A DNA stretch of 64,000 nucleotides from an uncultured Actinomycetes bacterium (lineage in GTDB: Bacteria; Actinomycetota; Actinomycetes; S36-B12; UBA10799). Under the pieces are notes generated by a model, which had not been told where the DNA came from, made no database searches, and saw only the letters and a list, made by a program, of their open reading frames with translations. Both the position numbers and the translations under genes were made by a program. Positions 27,770-35,646 of this stretch are shown here, piece after piece (the first letter of the stretch is position 1; every line of letters starts with the position of its first letter). The stretch is from assembly GCA_964474045.1 (NCBI GenBank), contig CAYYRC010000001.1, forward strand, positions 49,023-113,022, in the 5' to 3' direction.

Positions 27770-28894
27770 GTGAGGCTTTTCGTCCCAAGGGAAATCGCGC
27801 CCGGCGAGCGCCGCGTGGCGCTGGTGCCGGAGACCGTCGGCAAGCTGCAGCGGCTGGGGTTGGAGGTGTGCGTCGAGGCCGGTGCCGGTGATGCGGCGTA
27901 CTTCTCCGACGAGCAGTACGCCGGGGCCGGGGCCGTCGTGCTCGACGACGGCGCCGCTGGGCTGGCCGACGCGGACGTCGTGGCGTCCGTGCGGCCGCTC
28001 GGCGCGGAGCGAGCGGCGCTGGTCAAGCCGGGGGCCGTCGTCTTGTCCTTCCTCCAGCCCGCCCAGCCGGTGGAGTCCGCCGATGCCGAGACCATCGCCG
28101 CGGTCGCCGGGCAGGAGGCCACGGCACTCAGCTTCGACCTGGTGCCGCGGATCAGCCGGGCCCAGTCCATGGATGCCCTGACGTCGCAGGCGCTGGTCAC
28201 CGGGTATCGCGCGGTGCTGGTGGCGGCTGCGATGGCCCCCAAGTTCTTCCCGCTGTTCATGACGGCCGCCGGAACCATCCCGCCGGCCAAGGTGCTGGTG
28301 CTGGGCGCGGGCGTGGCCGGGCTGCAGGCGATCGGAACCGCCAAGCGGCTGGGTGCCCTGGTGAGCGCCTACGACGTGCGCGCGGCCTCGGCCGACGAGG
28401 TCAAGTCGATGGGTGCCACGTTCATCGAGCTGGAGCTCGAGGCGCTCGAGGCCGGCGGCGGCTACGCCCGCGAGATGACCGAGGACCGCGCCGCGCGCCA
28501 GCGCGAGCTGCTCGCGCCGTTCATCGCCTCCTCCGATGTGCTCATCACCACGGCGGCGGTTCCCGGCCGCCGCGCGCCGATGTTGGTGACGGCCGACATG
28601 GTGGCCCAGATGGCGCCCGGCTCGGTCGTCGTGGACCTGGCAGCTGAGACCGGCGGCAACGTCGAGGGCTCCGAGCCCGGCCGCACCCTGGATTTTGACG
28701 GCATCCGGATCTGGGGCGCCCAGGATGCAGCCTCGTCCATGCCGATGCACGCCTCCAAGCTGTATGCCATGAACGTCCTGGCCCTCGTCGGACTGTTCGT
28801 CAAGGACGGCGAGCTGACCCTCGACCCCGCCGACGAGATCATCGACGGCTGCGCCGTGGTGCTCGACGGCGAGATCCGGAAGGAGTCCCGATGA
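27770..28894 (+). CDS. pntAA: NAD(P) transhydrogenase subunit alpha part 1
   Basis: 374 aa. Contains VPREIAPGERRVALVPE and the NAD Rossmann motif VLVLGAGVAGLQAIGTAKRLGA. Confidence 0.9.
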   Translation: MRLFVPREIAPGERRVALVPETVGKLQRLGLEVCVEAGAGDAAYFSDEQYAGAGAVVLDDGAAGLADADVVASVRPLGAERAALVKPGAVVLSFLQPAQPVESADAETIAAVAGQEATALSFDLVPRISRAQSMDALTSQALVTGYRAVLVAAAMAPKFFPLFMTAAGTIPPAKVLVLGAGVAGLQAIGTAKRLGALVSAYDVRAASADEVKSMGATFIELELEALEAGGGYAREMTEDRAARQRELLAPFIASSDVLITTAAVPGRRAPMLVTADMVAQMAPGSVVVDLAAETGGNVEGSEPGRTLDFDGIRIWGAQDAASSMPMHASKLYAMNVLALVGLFVKDGELTLDPADEIIDGCAVVLDGEIRKESR

Positions 28895-29187
28895 GCGGCG
28901 TCGCACTGCTCACGATCTTCGTGCTGAGCATCTTCGTCGGCTTCGAGGTCGTCTCGAAGGTGTCTGCCGTGCTGCACACACCGCTGATGTCGGGCGCCAA
29001 TGCCATCCACGGCGTGGTGCTCATCGGCGCGATCATCGTCACCGGCTCGGCCACGACGACGCTGCCGCTGATCCTGGGGCTGCTGGCGATCGTGCTGGCC
29101 ACGATCAACCTGGTGGGCGGCTTCGTGGTGACCGATCGCATGCTGGAGATGTTCAAGCCGAAGAAGGCCGGAAAGGACGCCGCATGA
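28891..29187 (+). CDS. pntAB: NAD(P) transhydrogenase subunit alpha part 2
   Basis: 98-aa, three-helix membrane protein with TPLMSGANAIHG and ATGA overlaps on both sides. Confidence 0.85.
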   Translation: MSGVALLTIFVLSIFVGFEVVSKVSAVLHTPLMSGANAIHGVVLIGAIIVTGSATTTLPLILGLLAIVLATINLVGGFVVTDRMLEMFKPKKAGKDAA

Positions 29188-30590
29188 CCGCCGTCCTCGC
29201 GACCGCGACCGTGACCCCTACCTGGGTTCAGCTGGTCGAGCTGGTCGCCGCAGTCTGCTTCATCCTGGCCCTCAAGGGCCTGTCCTCGCCGAAGAGCGCG
29301 CGCAATGGCGTGCTGATCGGGTCCCTCGGCGCGCTCATCGCCGTGGTCGTGACCTTCTTCGCCGGCTATGAGATGAGGAACCTGGCCCTCATCCTGGTGG
29401 CGATCGTGGTCGGCACCGCCATCGGCTGGCCAGCCGCGCGCAAGGTCAAGATGACCGCCATGCCGCAGCTGGTGGCGCTGTTCAACGGCGCCGGCGGCGG
29501 GGCCGCGGCGCTGGTGGCCTCGATCGAGTTCCTCAACCTCAGCGACGGCGAGCAGGACAAGGCGATCCTGATCGCGACCGTGTTCACGGTGCTCGTGGGC
29601 TCAGTGTCCTTCAGCGGCTCGATCCTCACCTTCGCCAAGCTGCAGGAACTCATGACGACCCGTCCGGTGGTGATCCCTGCGGGCCGCTTCATCACCGCGG
29701 CGGTCGCCATCGCCTCGTTGGCCCTGGCGGTGTGGCTGGTGGTGTCACCCTCCACGCTGATCCTCATCGCCCTGCTCGTCGCCTCGCTCATCCTCGGCCT
29801 GCTGCTGGTGCTGCCGGTGGGCGGCGCCGACGTGCCGATCGTGATCTCGCTGCTCAACGCCTTCACCGGGCTGTCTGTGGCGGCCAGCGGCTACGTGCTC
29901 GGCAATGTGCTGCTCATCGTCGCGGGCACCCTGGTCGGCGCGTCGGGAACGCTGCTCACCCAGGAGATGGCGCGGGCCATGGGCCGTCCGCTCACGAACA
30001 CGCTCTTCGGTGCCTTCAAGGCTCAGGCCGCCGGCCCGTCCGGCGGCGGCGGGGACCGCCCCGTCCGCTCGTCCAGCCCCGACGACGTGGCGATCATGCT
30101 CGGCTACGCCCAGAAGGTCATCATCGTCCCCGGCTACGGCCTCGCCGTGGCGCAGGCGCAGCACACCATCCGCGAGCTCGTCGACCTGCTGGGGGAGCGC
30201 GGGATCGAGGTCTCCTACGCGATCCACCCCGTGGCCGGTCGCATGCCCGGGCACATGAACGTCCTGCTGGCCGAGGCGAACGTGCCCTATGACCAGCTGC
30301 GCGAGATGGAGGAGATCAACCCCGAGTTCGCCTCCACCGACGTCGTGCTCGTCGTGGGCGCCAACGACGTGGTGAACCCGGCGGCCAAGACCGACCCGTC
30401 GGCCCCGATCTACGGCATGCCGATCCTGGACGTCGGCGACGCCGCCCAGGTCGTGTTCCTCAAGCGCTCCATGCGCCCCGGTTTCGCGGGGATCGAGAAC
30501 GAGCTGCTGTACGACCCCAAGACCACCCTGCTGTTCGGCGACGCCAAGGAGTCGCTGACCAAGGTGGTCGGGGCCGTCAAGGGTCTCTAG
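29184..30590 (+). CDS. pntB: NAD(P) transhydrogenase subunit beta
   Basis: 468 aa with an N-terminal multi-TM region and the C-terminal NADP(H) domain (VIIVPGYGLAVAQAQH, VVGANDVVNPAA). Confidence 0.9.
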   Translation: MTAVLATATVTPTWVQLVELVAAVCFILALKGLSSPKSARNGVLIGSLGALIAVVVTFFAGYEMRNLALILVAIVVGTAIGWPAARKVKMTAMPQLVALFNGAGGGAAALVASIEFLNLSDGEQDKAILIATVFTVLVGSVSFSGSILTFAKLQELMTTRPVVIPAGRFITAAVAIASLALAVWLVVSPSTLILIALLVASLILGLLLVLPVGGADVPIVISLLNAFTGLSVAASGYVLGNVLLIVAGTLVGASGTLLTQEMARAMGRPLTNTLFGAFKAQAAGPSGGGGDRPVRSSSPDDVAIMLGYAQKVIIVPGYGLAVAQAQHTIRELVDLLGERGIEVSYAIHPVAGRMPGHMNVLLAEANVPYDQLREMEEINPEFASTDVVLVVGANDVVNPAAKTDPSAPIYGMPILDVGDAAQVVFLKRSMRPGFAGIENELLYDPKTTLLFGDAKESLTKVVGAVKGL

Positions 30591-30631
30591 CTCCGGGCGC
30601 AATCCAGCGGCGGCTGTAGCGGGCGGGCCTG

Positions 30632-31135
30632 GTGGGCGATACCGTCACCTATGTGACTGACACCGACGCGATCGACTTCGCCATCGCCGCCTGGCGGGAG
30701 GACGGTGCCTGGCGGGCCGAGAGCCTGCCGCCCAGGCTCGCCGAATCGCTGGCGTCGCTGGTGGCTGCGCTTGGCGCCCATGCGTCGGAGTCCGGCGTCG
30801 TGGGCCTGGTGAGCATCGGCGACGACACCTTCCTGATCGTGCGCGTGGACGGTGGCCGCGCGCGGCTGCTGCTGTCCGACCAGACCGCGGCCCTGGATTG
30901 GGACCTTGCCGACGAGGTGCTCGATGCCCTCGGGGTAGAGGCCCCCGAGGACGTCGACGATGACGCGGACCCGGTCGGTGATCTGGGGCTGCTCGCCGAC
31001 TTGGGGATGTCCACGGACGAGCTCACGCTGCTGTGCGAGGACCTTGACCTGTACCCCGACGAGGTGTTGGGCTCGGTGGCCAAGCGGATCGGCTTCGGCG
31101 AGCTGTTCGCCAACCTCGTCTTCGACCGGGGGTGA
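30632..31135 (+). CDS. tRNA adenosine deaminase-associated protein
   Basis: 167-aa acidic protein directly upstream of tadA and overlapping it. This arrangement is typical of the actinobacterial TIGR03941-like family. The call rests on context and composition. Confidence 0.6.
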   Translation: MGDTVTYVTDTDAIDFAIAAWREDGAWRAESLPPRLAESLASLVAALGAHASESGVVGLVSIGDDTFLIVRVDGGRARLLLSDQTAALDWDLADEVLDALGVEAPEDVDDDADPVGDLGLLADLGMSTDELTLLCEDLDLYPDEVLGSVAKRIGFGELFANLVFDRG

Positions 31136-31668
31136 CGTCCGGGGCGCTCGGGCCGACGCCTGGTCCGGGGCCGACGCCTGCTCACGGGCCAGCGCCGCGG
31201 ACCATCGATGTGACGGGTATGCGGGTGGCGCTGGAGGTGGCCGCTTCGGCCTTCGCCACGGGCGACGTCCCCGTGGGGGCGGCGGTGCTCGACTCTGCCG
31301 GTCGTGTGCTCGCCACGGCCGCCAATCGGCGTGAGGCCGATGGTGATCCGACGGCCCATGCCGAGGTCCTCGCGCTGCGCGCTGCCGCGGCCCAGCACGG
31401 CGACGGCTGGCGACTCACCGGATGCACCTTGGTGGTGACCCTGGAGCCCTGCACCATGTGCGCGGGGGCGGCAGTGCTGGCACGTGTGGACAGAATCGTG
31501 TTTGGTGCCGTGGATGATGCAGCCGGGGCCGTGGGTGGCCTCTGGGACGTCGTGCGGGATCGCCGGCTCAACCATCGGCCCGAAGTCGTGGCTGGTGTCT
31601 GCGCGCCGGAGGCGGGCGCCCTGCTGCGTGAGTTCTTCGCCGGCCGCCGGCCACCGCCGGCCGGGTGA
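31132..31668 (+). CDS. tadA: tRNA-specific adenosine deaminase
   Basis: Zinc motifs HAEVLALRAAA and PCTMCAGA. An alternative ATG at 31219 would give a typical 150-aa protein. Confidence 0.85.
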   Translation: MTSGALGPTPGPGPTPAHGPAPRTIDVTGMRVALEVAASAFATGDVPVGAAVLDSAGRVLATAANRREADGDPTAHAEVLALRAAAAQHGDGWRLTGCTLVVTLEPCTMCAGAAVLARVDRIVFGAVDDAAGAVGGLWDVVRDRRLNHRPEVVAGVCAPEAGALLREFFAGRRPPPAG

Positions 31669-31730
31669 GCGGGCCTTTTCCGGGGCGTGGCCGACGGCTA
31701 CGTTTGCCCTCTAGGCACAGGAGGGTGGGA

Positions 31731-34046
31731 ATGGGACCTGCGGACCTCCCCGCGCGCACCCGACGGAAGTCGCGCCGGCCGACGCTGGCGCGGATCGCCG
31801 CCGCCCTCCTCGTCTTCGCGAGCCTGCTGGCGGGCAGCTTCACATCGGCGACCGCTGCGGGCGCGGTGGGCCATGTGGACGCGGTGGACGCGGTGGACGC
31901 CGCCAGCAGCGTCCACATCGTGGCGGCCGGCGACTTCGGCACCACCGCCGATGCCGGTGCCGTTCTCGACCGCATCGCCGACCTGGCGCCGGACGCCGCG
32001 TTCGCTGTCGGCGACCTGTCCTACAACAACGCCCCGGAGTCCGACTGGTGCGCCTTCGTCACCTCCCGCCTGGGCGCGGGGCTCCCGTTCGAGCTGCTCT
32101 CCGGCAACCACGAGAGCGATGGGCTCAACGGGTCGATCGGCGCCTTCACCTCCTGCCTGCCGAACAAGCTGGCGGGGCTCGTGGGCAGCTATGGCCGCGA
32201 GTACTACGTGGACCTCCCGGCCGGCAGGCCGGTCATGCGGGTCATCAACACCTCTGCGGGCCTGCACTTCCCAGATGGGACCTGGAACTATGCCAAAGGG
32301 GACGCGCACTACAACTGGGCCGCCACCGCGATCGACTCCGCCCGAGCCGCGGGCATCAGCTGGGTCATGGTCAACAACCATTACCCGTGCTTGGGGGTGG
32401 CGGCCTACGCCTGCGTGATGCCGGCGGATTTCTACGGACTGTTGCAGGATCGGCGCGTGGATCTGGTGGTGGACGGTCACGACCACACCTACATGCGCAC
32501 CCACCAGCTCGCGGGATCGAACGTAGGGTGCCCGCGCATCCCCAGGGTGGGCTTCGACGCCGACTGCGTCGCGGACTCGGACAACTCCTACGTCGCCGGT
32601 CGGGGGACGGTGTTCGCCACAGTCGGCACTGGCGGCAGAGCCTTGCGTCAGATCAACCTGGCGGATCCCGATCTGCCGAACTTCGCCGCCTGGTCCGGGG
32701 CGAACGTGAATCCCAGCTACGGCGTGCTGGACCTGGTGGCCACCGAGCGCCAGCTGACTGCCAACTTCGAGGCCGCCGGGGCCGGCTCCTTCGCGGACTC
32801 GTTCACGATCACCCGACCCGTACGGCCGTCGCCCTCGGCAGCGTCGGTGTTCGTGCCCGTCGCGCCCACGAGAGTGTTGGACACGCGGCCGGCGCAGGGC
32901 GGCACGGGATCGCTTGCCCCCGCCGAGCAGCGGGTGATGTCGGTGGCCGCTGCGACGGCCCGAGGCGGCGGCGGGCCGGTAGTACCGCAAGGTGCGCTCG
33001 CAGTCGCCGTCAACCTGACCGTCCCCAACCCGCCCGCTCGGGGGCATCTGCGCGTCATGCCGGGCGACGCCGCCAGCCTTACCGACGCCTCGGCGGTCAA
33101 CTTCCGCGCCGGGGAGTCCATCGCCAACGGGCAGACGGCCAGAATCGCAGCCGATCGCACCCTGAAGCTGTACAACGGGGCCGCTGCCGAGGTCGACGCC
33201 GTCGTGGACGTGACGGGGTACTTCCTGCCGGTGTCGGCGGCAACTGCGCCGCAACTGTCGGGTGGTCTTTTCACCGCCGTGGAGCCGGCGCGGGTCTATG
33301 ACTCCGCCGCGGCCAGCGGTTTGACCCCACCTGGCGCGTCCACGCGGGTCGACCTCGCCGCGGCCGTTCCGCCGGGTGCGACGGCTGCCGCCTACAACCT
33401 CACCGTGGTGGGTCCTGCCGGCGCCGGCCACCTCCGGGTCCACCCGGCCGGCTCGCCCCTGCCGGCCACCTCAACGCTCAACTTCGCGGCGTGGGACCGC
33501 ATCGCCAACGGTGGTTCGGTGCAGGTGGGGGCTGATCGGCGGCTGGAGGTCTACAACGCCTCGCAGGTGCCGGTGCGCTTCCTGGTCGACGTGACCGGTT
33601 ACTACGGGAGCGCCACAGGCGGGGTGTTCCATGCCATCGATCCCACCCGGGTGCTCGACACAAGGTCGGTGAGCGGCGGTGGTGGTCCGCTGGCGGCAGC
33701 GGCCGAGGCGACGATCCCCGTGGGCGCGGCACAGAGCGACCCGACAGCGCCCGCGGTGCCTGCCGGCTCGGTGGCCGCCGAGTTCAACGCCACGGCGGTG
33801 CGGGCCGGCGGTGCGGGGCACCTGCGGATGTGGCCCGGCGGCCAACCCCGGCCCGGCACCTCGATGGTCAACTGGCCCAGGCCGGGCTACACCAGGGCGA
33901 ACGCCGGCACGGTCGGGATTGGGCCCGGGCCCAACCCGACCGTGGACATCTACAACGGCACCGGCAGTGCGCTTGAGGTGCTGATCGACGTCAACGGCTT
34001 CTATCAGCCACACTCCCACGGGCCCCAGCCGGCCTTCAGCCAGTAG
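31731..34046 (+). CDS. Secreted metallophosphoesterase with three C-terminal repeats of about 120 aa
   Basis: Track ORF trimmed to the ATG at 31731. Signal/TM ARIAAALLVFASLLAGSF, then blocks VAAGDFG, VGDLSYN, SGNHE and DGHDHTY. Three repeats follow, each starting F.(V/I).P.RV.D(T/S) and ending VD(V)(T/N)G(Y/F)(F/Y). Confidence 0.7.
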   Translation: MGPADLPARTRRKSRRPTLARIAAALLVFASLLAGSFTSATAAGAVGHVDAVDAVDAASSVHIVAAGDFGTTADAGAVLDRIADLAPDAAFAVGDLSYNNAPESDWCAFVTSRLGAGLPFELLSGNHESDGLNGSIGAFTSCLPNKLAGLVGSYGREYYVDLPAGRPVMRVINTSAGLHFPDGTWNYAKGDAHYNWAATAIDSARAAGISWVMVNNHYPCLGVAAYACVMPADFYGLLQDRRVDLVVDGHDHTYMRTHQLAGSNVGCPRIPRVGFDADCVADSDNSYVAGRGTVFATVGTGGRALRQINLADPDLPNFAAWSGANVNPSYGVLDLVATERQLTANFEAAGAGSFADSFTITRPVRPSPSAASVFVPVAPTRVLDTRPAQGGTGSLAPAEQRVMSVAAATARGGGGPVVPQGALAVAVNLTVPNPPARGHLRVMPGDAASLTDASAVNFRAGESIANGQTARIAADRTLKLYNGAAAEVDAVVDVTGYFLPVSAATAPQLSGGLFTAVEPARVYDSAAASGLTPPGASTRVDLAAAVPPGATAAAYNLTVVGPAGAGHLRVHPAGSPLPATSTLNFAAWDRIANGGSVQVGADRRLEVYNASQVPVRFLVDVTGYYGSATGGVFHAIDPTRVLDTRSVSGGGGPLAAAAEATIPVGAAQSDPTAPAVPAGSVAAEFNATAVRAGGAGHLRMWPGGQPRPGTSMVNWPRPGYTRANAGTVGIGPGPNPTVDIYNGTGSALEVLIDVNGFYQPHSHGPQPAFSQ

Positions 34047-34684
34047 GTGTAGGCGACGAAGTCCTGTTGGGCCGGGGTGGCCTGGTGCGGGTAGTCGGCG
34101 AACTGCCCGCCGCCGTTGGCGTGCCAGCTGGGGTAGTCGAACTGCCAGGCGCCGTAGTAGCCGTTGCCGGTGTTCGTCGAGTAGTTGTTCGTGGACTCGC
34201 AGGACTTGACGGCCATGGACTTGGCGCTGCTGGCCCAGGCGGAGGCGTCCGCTGACCCGCCGGACGCGGAAGAACCCTGGGCCTCCGGAGCGGTGGGGGT
34301 GGTAGCGGCGGCTGTAGCGGCGTCCGCCTGAGCCTGCGCGGCGGCTGCGGCTGCGGCTGCGGCTGTGTCGGCCGCGGCCTTGGCGGCTGCGTCAGCCTGC
34401 GCCTTGGCCTGGGCAGCTGCGGCGGCCTTGGCCGCAGCTTCAGCCGCGGCCTGGCTGTCGCGATCGTCGTAGGCCTTGACCATGGAGGTCTGGAAGGCGG
34501 CCGCGCTCGGGGAGGCTGCCACGGTGGCAACCGTTGCAGCGGCCCGCGGGACGACTGGTGTCGCCTGGGCAGAGCTGGCGCTGGCGAAGGCGCCCAGTCC
34601 CGCGACTGTGACCGTTGCGGTGATGGTTGCGGCAGCAGCTGGGATGGAAAGACCGGAGTGACGGACGTTGTTGAGCTTCGACAT
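34004..34684 (-). CDS. Rpf-like transglycosylase (resuscitation-promoting-factor domain) with Ala-rich linker
   Basis: 226 aa with a signal peptide ending ASSAQA. The C-terminal block CESTNNYSTNTGNGYYGAWQFDYPSWHANGG...WGPWECG is the Rpf/transglycosylase-like domain. Confidence 0.8.
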   Translation of the reverse strand: MSKLNNVRHSGLSIPAAAATITATVTVAGLGAFASASSAQATPVVPRAAATVATVAASPSAAAFQTSMVKAYDDRDSQAAAEAAAKAAAAAQAKAQADAAAKAAADTAAAAAAAAAQAQADAATAAATTPTAPEAQGSSASGGSADASAWASSAKSMAVKSCESTNNYSTNTGNGYYGAWQFDYPSWHANGGGQFADYPHQATPAQQDFVAYTYWLKAGWGPWECG

Positions 34685-35054
34685 CAGTGCGATTCCTCGT
34701 GCTGCCTCCCGGGAGTCCTGGGGCGCCGGGACGTCCTCGGACGTCCTCGCTGCGCCGCTGCGCGGCCTCGTGGGCCGGCGGACCCGGTACGCATTCGCTC
34801 GCTGTCAGCCCATCGGAGGCTGTGAGCGCGTCTGCGACTCGGCAGGTCGCCCGTCCCCCTGGGGGTCTGATTGCTGGCGACACTTCAAAGTTAGCCTGCT
34901 GCAAGCGCCAACGCGGGGGCGTTTCTGTGCCCCTGGCCACCCAATCCTTAAAGGAATAGTAAAGTTGCGTTTGTCAAGCACGCTACTCCGCTAGGTGGCG
35001 TGTCTGGCTCAAGTCGTCACGCTTCGTACCCGATTCTCGTGCATGATCGCCCGC

Positions 35055-35531
35055 ATGCGCAGCAAACGCACGGCGTGCGGCTCCGAGGCCGGCTTCACGC
35101 TGGTGGAGCTGCTGGTCGTCGTGCTCATCCTGGGCATCCTGGCGTCGATCTCGATCTCGGTCTACATCGCGCAGGCGCGCAAGGCCCACCGGGCGCAGGC
35201 GATCCAGGACGGTCAGACCGTCGTCTACGAGCTCAGCGACGTCTTCGGCGACTACACCTCCCTGGGCAGCCAGGTGGGCTCGCTGACGCAGGTAGCGGGA
35301 ACGAGCACGCTGGTGGTGGGTGACCTGGAAGACGCCGTGGGGCCGTCACCCGACGGGCCGGGGGCGATCGACGTCAAGGAGCTTTCCGACGGAAGCGTCG
35401 TCATCGGATCCACCCGGCCCGGTTCCGTGCACTGGTGCGCGGAAGTGAGTGTGCAGGACCAGAAGGCAGTGATCGACGAGCACGGATTCAACCCGGCGGC
35501 GCAGGCGTGCATCGCCGGCAACGCCTCCTGA
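35055..35531 (+). CDS. Prepilin-type N-terminal cleavage/methylation domain protein (type IV pilin-like)
   Basis: Track ORF trimmed to the ATG at 35055. MRSKRTACGSEAG|FTLVELLVVVLILGILASISI carries the class III signal with G-1 and E+5. Confidence 0.75.
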   Translation: MRSKRTACGSEAGFTLVELLVVVLILGILASISISVYIAQARKAHRAQAIQDGQTVVYELSDVFGDYTSLGSQVGSLTQVAGTSTLVVGDLEDAVGPSPDGPGAIDVKELSDGSVVIGSTRPGSVHWCAEVSVQDQKAVIDEHGFNPAAQACIAGNAS

Positions 35532-35545
35532 CAGCGCTCCCCTAA

Positions 35546-35619
35546 GCGCGTTTGCGCCACTTGCGGGCGCTCGCGCCCGGCATAGCCGGCGCAGAGAGCC
35601 CCAAGTGGCGCAAACGCGC
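35546..35619. repeat. Palindromic intergenic element, copy 1 (18-bp perfect inverted arms)
   Basis: GCGCGTTTGCGCCACTTG (35546-35563) and CAAGTGGCGCAAACGCGC (35602-35619) are exact reverse complements flanking a GC-rich 38-nt core. A homologous copy lies at 57234-57299. Confidence 0.85.
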
Positions 35620-35646
35620 CTGGGTTGGGCGGAGGGGGATCGTGCC

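Noticed and set aside
26690-28906. Very long track ORFs that fuse a real gene to an upstream out-of-context extension: 26690..28906, 13780..15735, 42020..43852, 43102..45150, 51062..52378 and 7659..10304.
   Set aside because: The extensions overlap neighbouring well-supported genes. Internal starts with SD-like sequences or stop-start overlaps give proteins of normal family length, so I trimmed them instead of calling giant fusion proteins.
31669-31730. Looked for the tRNA gene that often follows tadA in actinobacteria. Also scanned the other gaps for tRNA-like TPsiC arms (GGTTCGAATCC-type).
   Set aside because: I could not draw a cloverleaf or find a conserved T-arm sequence. The gap is only about 60 nt and leads into the next gene's RBS.
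31875-31901. In-frame 9-bp tandem repeat GTGGACGCG x3 (VDAVDAVDA) just after the signal sequence of the 31731..34046 gene.
   Set aside because: It is real but short, and it encodes a low-complexity linker. It is probably slippage and there is no evidence of function. Noted only as a possible length polymorphism.
34004-34046. 3-prime ends of convergent gene pairs overlap: 34004-34046, 53725-53747, 13780-13805, 7659-7671 and 19948-19951.
   Set aside because: This is common in compact high-GC genomes. There is no sign of antisense regulation beyond the overlap itself, so it is not scored as a finding.
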